NCBI GenBank assembly: GCA_030248215.1
Contig: JASANG010000727.1
Location: 248,001 to 312,000 of the forward strand
Direction of reading: 5' to 3'
From: Enoplolaimus lenunculus
Lineage: Eukaryota
Length of the DNA stretch: 64,000 nt
Positions within the stretch are counted from its first letter, which is position 1. Every line of letters starts with the position of its first letter. Below, piece after piece: positions 24,001-55,172 of the stretch. The notes under the pieces were generated by a model. The model was not told where the DNA came from and did no database searches. It worked only from the letters and a program-made list of their open reading frames with translations. The translations under genes and the position numbers were made by a program.

Positions 24001-27000
24001 TAGGTATATCTTTCGTACCATAAAATTTTCCATCTTCCTCAAAATTTTAAAAATCGAACGGTGCCACAAAATTTGCCCTAGTTCAGGGCTAAAACGAATA
24101 TTTGCAAATTTTAAGATGTGTAACTTGATAGGTTTGTGTGTTGTTTGTGTGTTAATTTGCGTTGTGTGCGTTTGTATTGTGTTTGTGTATGTGGTGTGTG
24201 TGGCTAAATTCGAGGTGGTTTGTGATAGCTCAGGGCTATCACGAGTTTCGAGGACGGTGCTGACACGTGATAGCCCTGAGCTATAAGCGATTTCGCTTAT
24301 AGCCCAAGGCTATCACGAGGTCATTTTGAAAATGACCTCGTGATAGCCTTGGGCTATGGCATATTTTGTGGCACCGTTGACAAAATTATTGTGAACGGCG
24401 CATTATTATTATTATTATTACTGTTATTGTTGTTGTTGTTGTTTGTTTGTTGTTGTTGCTGCTGCTGTTGTTGTTGTTGGTGTTGTTGCTGCTGCTGTTG
24501 TTGTTGTTGTTGGTGCTCTTAATACTATTACTCATATTGTAATAATTCCTAAAGCATTATTATTGTTAAATATATTAAGTAGTTTTGGTCAATGAAATGT
24601 TTTAAAATTTTTCACAGTTTTGAGGATAGTAAAATAGCGTCGCATTTTTGAGGATAAAATATCGTCGCATTTTTGTAGGGTTATAAAATGGCTTCACATT
24701 GTTGAGGGTAATAAATTTGCGTCATTTTTGAGGAAAATAAAATGGCGTCTCATTTTGAGAGTAATAAAATGGCCTCTTTTTATAAAAAGTAGTATACACG
24801 GAGCTTTTCATTCTCCGGGGTGCAGGGAGCAAGGGGAGCTAGTAGAGAAAGCAGCGTCAGGGTCATTAACAGAATCAATTTCTTAACGATAGAAATGAAC
24901 GGCAGATGGTGTTAAATTAGTAAACTGTATTTCATTATCAAAGCGCAACTTACGCAATATGCTGCACGGAAATGAATGGCTAACAGTAAGCAGTCATGCG
25001 TAAAGATTAACATCATTACTGTTTTTATTGTTATGTTAATTGAAACCGAATTTGTTTTATAGAAAAATGCACCGCAGCAAATTCTGGGCACATGGTGGAA
25101 ACAGAATAATAAAAATCTTACAACCCTTCTTAGTACATATCCTTCCAGTTAAATGTTACATGTCAGTCATGTTTTAGACATGGGCTTCAAGTATAATATG
25201 CAATTTTCCAACTATGTATTTAGTGTTGGTGCAAAGACATCAGCGCAGCGCGAATGTATAGAACAGGGCAGTAACAGTAGTATATTAGCATATTCCTAAG
25301 TTTAAGCGTAAGCGTAAGGAATGCAGCTGTATATAAGCCTAAGCCGAAACAAAAATTCAAAGGCTTAAGCTTACTCTATCGCAGTCCGCATAAAAGATCT
25401 TTACCTGGGCCGACATCAGAAGTTTGACTGCTATATATTACTAGTTAAAAATCACATAATATAATAAAAATCAAGCTAGCTAGTGTTTATTGGTAAGGTT
25501 CCCAGTAGTAAAATAGGGGGATTACAATCCTAGGACGCCAGGTGCCACTTAAGAGCTGTATGAGCAAGGTCATTTAAGGTCATGTGCTGCTTATTAATAG
25601 TTATGAAATATTGTGACCTAAAATGTACAGGCTTGAGACCGATTGAACTTAAGAAACTGACGATTAAACAAATAGCTTATTAATGTAAAGTATGGTGTGA
25701 AACTGTAAAACAACGCCACGGTTAAAAGACAAAAGCATGATTTTAAAGGTTAGTTGCGCGTTAAAAATATATCTCGTTCTTTACTAAGCGTTCTTTCACT
25801 GTTTGAAATGGTAAGATTACATATATGTATATATGCCTGCATATAGCGGCAAGATCAAAGCATATACCCGTTTGTATAATTCTAAAACATATTAAAGTAA
25901 ATTCGAGAAGAGAAAACGTAGTGCGATTATGTTAAATAAAGACATTTGGTACAAATGTAAATTATGCACACAATACACGGAAATGTCACAAAATTCTTGA
26001 AAAAATCGGAGCATATGGATAAAAATATGTAAAAGATTTATAGGTTTCAGCAACTAGATGAAATTTAAGAACGTATGGTAACAGGAACAGTGTTGCGAAA
26101 TTAGTTAGTATAAAAGAGGAGCATATTTATTTCTCGAATTTTAGTCTGTCCGATTGTTACTATTTTACTTATTCATATTTTACATATCAGTTGTTTTGTA
26201 TAAATTTTTGTAAACTATTTGAGTATTTGCGCATCGAATTTACTTTGTGGTTTTATTTTCCGATATCATTCTTAGCTTGGCTTCCAGTATTTCTACACGA
26301 GATACAACTACAGTTTCTAAATTTTAGTTCCTATTTTTAATTTTTTCGCAGTTCACGCTGTCTTAACGCAAAACGGATTATGATAATAACAGTTCCCGCC
26401 GTTAAGAAATGAAGAAAAAGCACTGCAGACTTGTTTCCATAATCCTTCAGAAGTTTACAAACGAACCAAATTACCTTTAGTTCCCCTATTTCCGGTTGCT
26501 TTAACACACTGTAATAATTTGTTCTTAAACCATTGAAACAAGCTTATCAAGATGGTGAGTTACACCCGAATCAAAATATATGTTAGTGCACTTATAAATG
26601 TTTTAAAAAACTAATCACACTTTCATCTCACTGAATTAGTTTAAAGTGACTGTGAAAGTTATTTAAAACGAGATTGATTAATGTGTACGAGAATGCTACA
26701 GCGATAAGTATTTTCGGAATTTATAACTAGTTTAATATTTCAAAAATTTGTTTCTTGGGCAATTGTCAAAATTAAAGGCGCATTATTTTGATTAAATTAT
26801 ATCAACTCAGAGACACATAAGTTTGAGATACACTTCAATTATGCAAAAATGGATTGAATCTGAAAGCCAAAAATTCTTTTATTGTGTTGCCCTTATTTAT
26901 TAATCCGTTTTGTTTAATTGCGTTTGCTATGGATTTAGGACAAAATTCAAAAAGAAAATGCCTTGAGTTACATGAATGCTAAACAAATCATTCCGTCAAT

Positions 27001-30000
27001 TAGCGAAAAATCTACTGAAAGCTGGAATCCTGAATACTGTCCTTTGACTGAACGACAAAACACTGCTTACGAGAACGATATTGTAGGAAATGACTGTTTA
27101 ATGTGTTAATTTTTTCTTCACTACGTATATTTTGCTGCAAACCAATTTTGATTTTGGTAACGTAGTGTCACAGTATTTTTTCTACAGAAACTTAATTTTA
27201 TGAAAGGGTTAAAATTAATTAACAACAATAATGCTTTAGAAATTATTACAACATGAGTAATAGTATTAAGAGCACCACCATCAGCACCGTTCTCCAAATT
27301 GGGATAAAAACCTGAAAGTCTAAAACGAAAACGAAAACCAAACACACAAATTGGAGTAAATTTTGTTTGCCGGGTGATGTATCTAAAAAAATGAACCAAA
27401 AAACAACCCCAACAAAGTCCGGGGACAAGACGCACTAAGCCATCTCATAACTCAAACTCCACAAAAGGTTCCAGCAACGAAAAGCCGAGGCGTTGCCCTC
27501 GTTTGCAACAGCAAAAAGCAGGACGATCACCAACCACGCGGTATTATAGCCGCAGGCGATTCGGACAAAAAGAAACTTCATAAAGTAAGTCTGATATTTG
27601 TGTGTGATTAGCTACATAAAGCAAGCTGGGTAACAGTTGGAAACATATCTATCCCCCTCCTCCACTTGTGGAGGAGATGTGCTTAAGTTTTTCCTCCCTC
27701 CTTCCTAAAAAGGAGGAGGAGGGGGAGATGTACGCAAACCCCCTCTGCATAACCCCTCCCCCTCCACCTCTGACCTTTCATATCGATATTGTGGTACCTT
27801 TGCCACCATCAAACGGTTATAGCTATCTTGTCACAATTGTGGACCATTTCACCGAATGGGCTGAAGTTTTGCCAATCATAGATATTTCAACACAAACTGT
27901 AGCAGGTGCTCTAGTGCGAAATTGGATCAGTCGTTTTGGAGTGCCACGAAAAATAATTTCTGACAGAGGATCACAATTTGAATCAATGCTTTGGTGCAAC
28001 TTAATGAAATCATTACGTATTCAACGAAAACGCACCACTGCTTATCATCCAGCTTCAAACGGCGCAGTATAGCGCTTTCACCGTACTCTCAAAAATTCTA
28101 TCACAGCAACGTGTGAAAATAAACACTGGTATCAAGCACTTCCATTAGTACTTCTTGGACTGCGCAACACTATTAGTTGTGATGGCTACAGTCCATCTAC
28201 GCTTGCATATGGGTGCAACCTAGAGTTGCCACATCAATTTTTTGTGCCAACAACTTTCAAATATGAAACCGCTTCAGAAGACTTTATTAATGAATTTTTA
28301 CACAGATAACACTGTATAGACCACCGACGCAGACTCACAACTGTCCATTTTTTGTTCCGAAAGAACTAAATTCAGCACAGTATGTATGGATTAGAAACGA
28401 AACTCCAAAATCGACGGTAAGTTATCGGTACAATGGCCCATACAAAGTAATTGCAAAAGACTCAAAGACTGTGACATTAGCATTTCCAAATCGGGATGAA
28501 AAGATTTCCATACATCGCGTTAAACCTGCATTCTTGGAATGTACAGAATTTTCACGACAACCAAATAAGCCATTATCAGACTCAATAGCACAAAATAATT
28601 CAAAACTACAGCAAAAACGAATTGGAACAGTAATTCTTGTAAAGCTTAAAGGATATTCTCTGTGGGTAGCTACGTCACTAACTAATATATTAAACAACCA
28701 AAAAGTACAATTCCAGTTAAATTTTTTGGCACAGAACGAGTTATGTTCGCAAAACTCCAAAACATACATTCCTACTATGGCTCTTTGCATTACAAACATC
28801 ACAGCATACAGCGTGCAGTCCAGTTGGCCAGTGAATACATTCAAAATTGCAGAAAGAACGTTTCAATTATTCGAGATTCAAAAACTCTAAACGTGTCAGA
28901 TTCAATCCAAATGCAAAAGCAAAATACTATGCTAAACCAAGCTCCAATTTTTTCATAAAAAATCTGCCATAACTTTATATCTAGCATAGCTAAACGAAAG
29001 ATCGAAAAATCTGCTACAAAACCAGGTATTCAAGAGAAACCAACTGTAAAATTGGTACCCCGGAAACTTTATCATTTTAAAAGCGACGGCCTTTAAGCCG
29101 TCTCAAAAACGCTTGATAATTTATAAAATTTGTATATTGGCCGGTCGGCGGACAAAGACCGGTCGTCCGGTCAAATGACCTGTTATTCGTCGGCCGTCCG
29201 GCCTGCAAAAAAGTAGTAATTGCGCAACACTAATTTCAAACGTACAATATCACATACAACAGGATGGTTGCAACATTGTTCGAGTGAGTATTAAGGTTGC
29301 GTGCCTTACCAATAACCAAATTAATATTAAAATGAGAAGTTCGATCTTAGAAATAATTAAACGTTAATTTATATTATCATCACTGCGATATAATTCAAAA
29401 ATTATATTTTTCATTATATTTGCAGATACGTTTTGGTTGGACAGTCAGTTTATCACAAATGGACGTGCGAAACCGATACGAAGGATACATTTTGCATGGT
29501 AGTACATCACTGTACCGTTGACGATGGCGCAGTAAGAGGTTTTAGTACTATTTTTAAAGTTTAGGGATTGGTTTTACTCAAACGATGTCGAAATAATTTG
29601 TTAACAAAAGACTCTAATATACCATGTACTTACACTGTAAATTGTGATGAGTAAATTAATCAACTCAGAGAAAGAATTAGTTATTTCTGTTTATTTGTGA
29701 GTTAATACCAGTAAACATTAACTAACTCTGAGCTGATTTAGTTCTGGTTTAGTCGATTAATTAACTCAGAATGAGTTCAATCAATTCATAATTCTTAGTT
29801 CTGAAACACCTAATTGAGAGCTCAGATCTTTTAGTCGATTCAATTCATTCTGAGTTAAAATCAACACACTGTAATTTACAGCGCAGCCAGTTTACAAAGT
29901 GTAAAATGTGTTTGGGTTGTATTGCGGGCGCCCCATATCTCATATTTAACTTCGAATATATAATTAATTTTCCGGTCAGTTTATAAATTTCAACGTGCAT

Positions 30001-31464
30001 CATAAGAGGCAAACATTCAAAATGTCGAGAAAAAGTAGCAAAGATATCGTAAGAAATCTAAATAATCATAGAGATGGATTAACATTTAGCGTTGTTCACA
30101 CGAAATCCTGAGCTCCCATGCATTTAACCGCTAGGTACTGTGATAAGGCATTTCATCGTACTTCGTGATTCCCTTCATTTCAATAATATAGTAAAAAACG
30201 CCATTACAGTAGGTATCAGGGTGCAACCAGAGGTCTGCCTCTGGCTCTGGCTCCAGCAAAAAGTCGGCCTCTGGCTCCGGTAGAAATTTTGCCGGAGGTT
30301 CCGGCAATTGCGGTAAGTAGTAAAATTTTGTATAATCGCGTAATTTCGCTCCGGCTCCGGCAAGTTTCTTTGACCTCCGACTCTGGTATTTTTCACCTCC
30401 GGTTGCACCCTGAATTTTAGCCGTCCAGGTGCATACACACATGTTCGTGGTCCATGATTAAACGCGAGTAGCTGAGGTATGGGAAGTATTATAGCATCAA
30501 AATGAAAACGTTTCAGGGAGAAAGAATTAATATATTGGATGAACAAGGGTGCGCAATTGACAAGTATATCCTTCGCAACTTGGAATACGTATCAGACCTT
30601 ATGGCAGGACAAGAGACTCACGTGTTCAAATTTGCTGATCGCACCCAACTATACTTTCAGTGTCAAATTTCGATATTAATCAAAGTAAAGTTATTAGCTA
30701 TATGATTCGAGGCTGACCATTTCCCTCAGGTTTGCAACAGAGTATTAGCTTAAGCTTAAAACTGTTTTTTTGCGTAAGCTGAGGCTTAGGATTACGCTGT
30801 TTTAGGAATATCTTATACTGCTGTTCCGGCCCTGTTATATACATAGGCCGGGGAACTTATATGAATGGAAGTAAACAAGCACTTGCCAAATGTCTCTGCA
30901 AATGTAAATATTTCTGCCTAATGTAAAACAGCCGAAAACGTTTAAACGAACGCGATAACCCGTGCTGGAATCAATCTATAGGCTTAATATCATTTGTCCT
31001 CGTATCAAGTTTGGATACAGCCTTTTAGAACACACGGATAACCGAAATATCAACTTGGATTATTCGAGGATTAGGAACCTAAAGTACAATAACGAATTAA
31101 TTTCATTTCTTAGGAAGACGACCAATGCCCATTGCCTCAATGCCCTCAGTTACTCGCTAGACGCAAGCGTGCCTTGTATACCGGTAACCTGCCGCAGCAA
31201 ACCAATCAGCTTCATACAGGAAACTCAATGGACGTAATTGCTCATACGGATGTGCTTAATATCGTTGAATTATCATCAGACTTAGTTGAACCAAAAACAG
31301 TCGAATTGATTCACAGTTCAAATTATAACTTGAATTCAAAGCTAATCAATACGCAGTACTGCGTTTCTAACCTGTTGTTTGGCACATTTTCAAGTGTTTT
31401 AGGGGTTGGTGTTATCGTTATGGGTACTTTGTTGTGCGTACTGCTATGCCGATTGAAGAGATGA
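15046..31464 (+). CDS. cut-1-like: Cuticlin (CUT-1-like ZP-domain cuticle protein), paralog 2, ~372 aa
   Basis: Exons 15046-15234, 16089(or 16059)-16229, 21261-21424, 29426-29531, 30517-30684, 31114-31464. Internal exon lengths (141/164/106/168) and phases are identical to paralog 1. RRKR furin-type site and C-terminal TM helix. The exon-2 acceptor is atypical (see findings). Confidence 0.92.
15528..15720 (+). mobile_element. TTAGGC-containing MITE, subfamily B
   Basis: TIR of the GGCC..TGTTACTTT.AAGGGGC type; perfect 8-bp TSD ACATTTTA. Confidence 0.85.
17100..19710 (-). pseudogene. Decayed piggyBac-family transposase (PGBD4-like) in cuticlin-2 intron 2
   Basis: Acidic N-terminus, YWSTSILY...FENILRFLHLANN, GRLGFHQYIP and GYTWNLKVY-like segments, and a C-terminal Cys-rich RRHCTIC...CEDC region. 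Many stops and frameshifts; no clean TIR/TTAA pair found. Confidence 0.8.
17926..18271. mobile_element. AT-rich MITE nested in the piggyBac relic
   Basis: TACTCTCTAAAA...TTTTAGAGAGTA inverted ends interrupt the transposase homology. Confidence 0.7.
20056..21228. mobile_element. GTCGAC-rich foldback element interrupted by the TRIM-like insertion
   Basis: ACAGCTCCTTTGGACAGACTCTGTATAATCGCT on the left is the reverse complement of the right arm ending ~21228. Confidence 0.7.
20277..20941 (+). mobile_element. TRIM-like miniature LTR retroelement with a tRNA-like module in the LTR
   Basis: LTR1 20277-20388 (TGTAAGCA...GACTGACA, internally deleted), then a PBS-like TGGGGGCAACTCCG, ~105 bp of internal sequence, and LTR2 20494-20941. 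5-bp flanks CCCGA/CTCGA. Confidence 0.7.
21971..22072 (+). repeat. 50-bp tandem duplication
   Basis: CTGAAATGTTGTCTGCTGTTATCATTATGG... occurs at 21971 and 22021. Confidence 0.85.
23326..24403. mobile_element. 1.08-kb non-coding element with ~185-bp near-perfect TIRs made of nested palindromes, inserted in an (ATT)n tract
   Basis: 23326-23509 is the reverse complement of ~24220-24403 and contains a 59-bp palindrome at 23372-23430. Confidence 0.85.
24402..24513 (+). repeat. Compound microsatellite (ATT)n(GTT/GCT)n
   Basis: Direct reading of the sequence. Confidence 0.9.
25940..27100 (+). pseudogene. Possible highly decayed hAT transposase remnant
   Basis: Only scattered motif-like fragments: YKCKLC (BED-like), FAHRIYFVV, VLKPLKQA, LFINP. 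No long ORF. Confidence 0.3.
27773..28958 (+). pseudogene. Gypsy/Ty3 LTR-retrotransposon integrase relic (rve core + GPY/F module) followed by a PWWP-like domain
   Basis: FHIDIVVPLP...IVDHFT...WISRFGVPRKIISDRGSQFES...TTAYHPASNGAV*RFHRTLK, with the catalytic Glu codon now TAG at 28070. After a frameshift: FVPKEL...YNGPYKV...ISIHRVKPA, then IGTVILVKLKGYSLWVA. After a second frameshift: IPVKFFGTE...IQRAVQLASEYI. Confidence 0.9.
30217..30412. mobile_element. hAT-like MITE (CAGGGTGCAACC TIR)
   Basis: CAGGGTGCAACCAGAGG...CCTCCGGTTGCACCCTG; no clean TSD. Confidence 0.6.
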
Positions 31465-31699
31465 AATTGTTTTTGTTTTTATATTCGATACAGTTTGCTA
31501 CACAAATTTTTTTAGTTTTAGGTTCTGTAGTGACCCAAATAAGGGATAGACTGATATTTATTTGGCCTCTCCAGAGTGTACCCCATATTGTTATTCAGTT
31601 ACGGACTGTTATATACGGCATTGCAATTATTCTGTATCAAAAGTTTCAGCGATAATGCAAGGTTATAGAATGCACTTTCAAGACTTAATGCAGTATACA

Positions 31700-32114
31700 C
31701 TGTATTCACCCGAATAAGAGGGAGGGGACTGATATTTATTTGGCTTCTCCAGAGGGTACCCCCCCCCTTGTTATTCGGTTACGGACTGCTATTTATTTTT
31801 AACCCACGCTCCGCCGCCCTTCGTTACTGATATATGTCCGTTACTGCAAGTATCCGTTGAATTAAACGTTTATTTGTCTTCTGTCAATAGCTTGAGCGAT
31901 AATGCAAGGTTATACTTAGGAATGTACTTTCAAAATTTAAGTACGCTTTAAAGTTTCGAACTCAAATTGTTTGGTCCTGGAGTCATTTATGCGCTTCAAT
32001 TAGGGTTAATTGACATTTATGGACTCTAATTAGGATTTAGGGACTCTATCCGCTTACCGACTCTTATTAGGGATACAGACTCAAAATGGGGACACCCTAT
32101 TCGGGTCAATACAG
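31700..32114. mobile_element. Tc2-like MITE, near-identical to 14279-14730, next to an older partial copy (31525-31687)
   Basis: CTGTATTCACCCGAATAAG...TATTCGGGTCAATACAG; flanked by TATACA on both sides. Confidence 0.8.
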
Positions 32115-32328
32115 TATACACGTTTACTTGTTGCGCCCTGCATATTAATTTATACAAATGAAAACAATTATAGAAACACTTCAGGCCCATATAGGGCAAC
32201 CCGTCCACCAACGGAACTGCATTAGAGTAGGTTTATGCTTTAGACTAAATTTGCTGAAGTCCCTAAATACGTACAACATTAGCCATTATGCGAATGCAGT
32301 CGTCATTTGTTAACCACGATTACGCGTA

Positions 32329-52386
<20,058 letters not shown>

Positions 52387-52685
52387 ATTAAAGCAATAAT
52401 CTGCCTAAATCAGGCGCTAAGGTGCTACATAACAGACACATATAAACAGCAAACACGGACTACGTTTTCAGAGTCCACAAGCGAGTACAGATCCACGATT
52501 TCCTTAACGGAACCTAAATAAATTTTTTGGACGCACGTTTGGAGTAATCGCTGAGTGCCTGGAAGATTGCTTGACAAATTTTTAAAAATAAAAGTCTAAG
52601 TAACCACGCAACTAGCTATAGCAATAACCGTTTCAGCATAATATTGATGAGAACAAAACAGGTGCAACGCATGTATAATTTTCTC

Positions 52686-52834
52686 GGGCCAGTAGCCAAA
52701 GGGGGGCCCAGGGGGGGGCTGGCTCCGCCACCTTAGAATGTTTTCAACCTTGGTTGTAACTCATTGAAAATCCTTGAATGCCCCTCCTGAAAAATTGTTA
52801 GCCACCCTTGCACGATGAGCTGGCTACGGGCCTG
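52686..52834. mobile_element. hAT-like G-rich MITE upstream of RAD50
   Basis: GGGCCAGTAGCC...GGCTACGGGCC inverted ends; homologous to ~11528-11688. Confidence 0.6.
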
Positions 52835-53713
52835 TCTTAAATGTTTTAGGCGTAGACTTTTAGGCTAAAAACTAGGCTTAGGCTTTTGGCTATGTTTAGG
52901 CTTAGGCCAAGGCTTCATGTTAAAATTAGGCTTAAATTTAGGATGTATGTTTGGAATTTTGACATAAACAGTGTAAGTAGGCTTTGCACCTTGTCCAAGT
53001 GCCGAGACATCCCTGGGATTGCCTGGCAAGTAGGGGGCCTAACTCCTCCATTGACCCTAGACATTCGTAAAAATCAAACCGAATACTGGACAGGCTATTT
53101 CTAAATCTTTACGAACTTTGGCCGGAACTTTAAAAGCAAGCAGTTGCTAGTAGGTGATTTTCCGTGAAAATATAGCTGGAATTGCCACGGTGTATTTTAG
53201 GTAGCAAACTTTCTAACGTGACTAAAATATTGTCAGCCATATACATTAGAAATAGACTGCCATTTGTACGCAAAAAGTTTCTAGACAGTACTCTAGCTGC
53301 AACTTGCCGCTGCAGTTTTTGAACCTAAAGCTTGCAGCAACAAACTGAGGTGCAAGTTTTCACAGCGAGGATATTGATTTACTGACAAAAAATGACAGCT
53401 GCAAGTTGCAGCATCAAGTTCTACCTGAAAACCTGTGAATGCAAATGGAAGATGCATTGTTTCTCGTCTAATTTGAATTTTGGAATTGCAGACATGGAAC
53501 TTTGCGGAAGATTATTTATATGACAAGTAAACCCAATCTATAGTTTAACGTTGAATTACCTTCCTAGGCGAAATAAAATTTTTTACAGTCCTAATGAATA
53601 TTCGTCGAAGGGAAATGTTAAATTACTGGAATTATACTGTTTAATTTAACTCGCATCTGTGAACGCAGTTGCAAGTCACCTGAATTTCTTGCACCTGCTG
53701 TTTGATTGGTCAA

Positions 53714-53951
53714 TTCAGTCTAGGTAGGAACCGGGACATCAGACCTTTTTTAACTAAGCAGCTGGAAAAGCGGGCTAGAGGGGGGATCGAACTCTCAGCC
53801 TACGGACCCATAAGCGAACACTCTACCACTGCGCTACGCAGCCCGCCTCTCCAACTGCATGCTTCGTCGACTATATGTGTCGACTGTACAACACAATGTG
53901 CATTGCATTTACTGCATATGCACTAGGACAAGCATGTCTCACATGCTTACA
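53714..53951 (-). mobile_element. Solo LTR of the TRIM-like family with a Pro-like tRNA module (53772-53843)
   Basis: Minus strand reads TGTAAGCATGTGAGACATGCTTGTCC...A box TAGCGCAGTGG...B box AGTTCGATCCC...GGTCTGATGTCCCGGTTCCTACCTAGACTGA. Confidence 0.75.
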
Positions 53952-54757
53952 AAGTACAAGTTGCAGCTACGAGTTCTAGTTACAAAAATTTGCAATGGTG
54001 AATGGAACATTTGGTATGGCTAATGGGAGTACGCAAATGCTTCTTTGCTTTTTAGGAACATTGCCCATTATATATTGATAGAAACATTGCCCGTTATATT
54101 TTGCTAGAAGCACTTGACAAGTCTGTGCAGTAAAATTGCAAAAAACGAGTCACGTCAACTGCAAATTAGTAAGCACGGCTTCACAAGCCCGGGGCGTATG
54201 ATAGAAGAATCCACTGAGCCTGTTCTGTGGTGTCAAAAGAAAAATATGTATATTGTAATCATGTAACTGAAAAAGTTTATTGGAACTTGCAGTTAGTGCA
54301 GATTAACTAAATCTATTATAATCAGCATTTGACAGTTTTTTGTTATGCAATAACCAATCGAATCTGGAAGGTATTAGGGATGTGCCGATACCAAAATTTT
54401 GCCGATGCCGATACCCATGCCGATTCTTATTTTAAATTATTACCGATGACTATGCCGATTAATGGGCGCATCCCTAGAAGATATTGTAAGTATATGTGTT
54501 CAATAACTGCACGTAACGCAAATAATTTCCATACATGAGCACATATACCGAAATATGAGGCTGATACAATCGACCACTTTGTGCATGTAAGCATGTGAGA
54601 CATGCTTGTCCTGGTGTATATGCAATATATGCAATACACCTTGTAGAGTATACTTGCCAAGCATGTGGTCGACATATATAGTCGACGAGAATGGCAATGG
54701 GGGAGGCGGACTACGTGGCACAGTGGCAACAGCTTCTGTCTAACACGCAGAAGGTCG

Positions 54758-55172
54758 TGTTGGTATATGTGGTGTTACATATATATGTGCATAGTGTGTC
54801 GTACAGTTCTGGCATGGAGATGCCACCGAGACTGGCGCTGTAAATAGCAGGCCCACGAATTCGGAGAAGTTTGGGTTCGCGGTCCAGGACGACCGCCTGC
54901 CGAAGGGGGAATATATGTATGTGATGTAGCATGTATATGTGCAAAGCGTGTGTATTTAAGACACATACATACACGTGCACATATATTACTTAAAGGAAAT
55001 TATATATAATGCCGGCCGCGTGGTGTAATGGGTAGCGCGCTAGACTCGCGAGCGAGAGGTCCGAGGTTCGATTCCCGGTGTGGGTATATATTTGGGAGAA
55101 ACTAAGTTAAAAAACCTTGTATATTCACAGTACTTCGAAGAAAGGGGTCGTCCTGACCGTGTGGATCTGACA
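54758..55172 (+). mobile_element. 415-bp solo LTR of a second family, containing a tRNA-like sequence
   Basis: TGT...ACA ends and a perfect 5-bp TSD GGTCG (54753-54757 / 55173-55177). Confidence 0.75.
55014..55084 (+). ncRNA. tRNA-like Pol III module (pseudo-tRNA) inside the LTR
   Basis: A box TGGTGTAATGG (55021) and B box GGTTCGATTCC (55065); the anticodon stem pairs poorly. Confidence 0.6.

Noticed and set aside
55014..55084. Functional tRNA genes here and at 53772-53843 and ~20810-20880
   Set aside because: One or more stems pair poorly in each, and all lie inside LTR-like repeats, so they are treated as tRNA-like modules.
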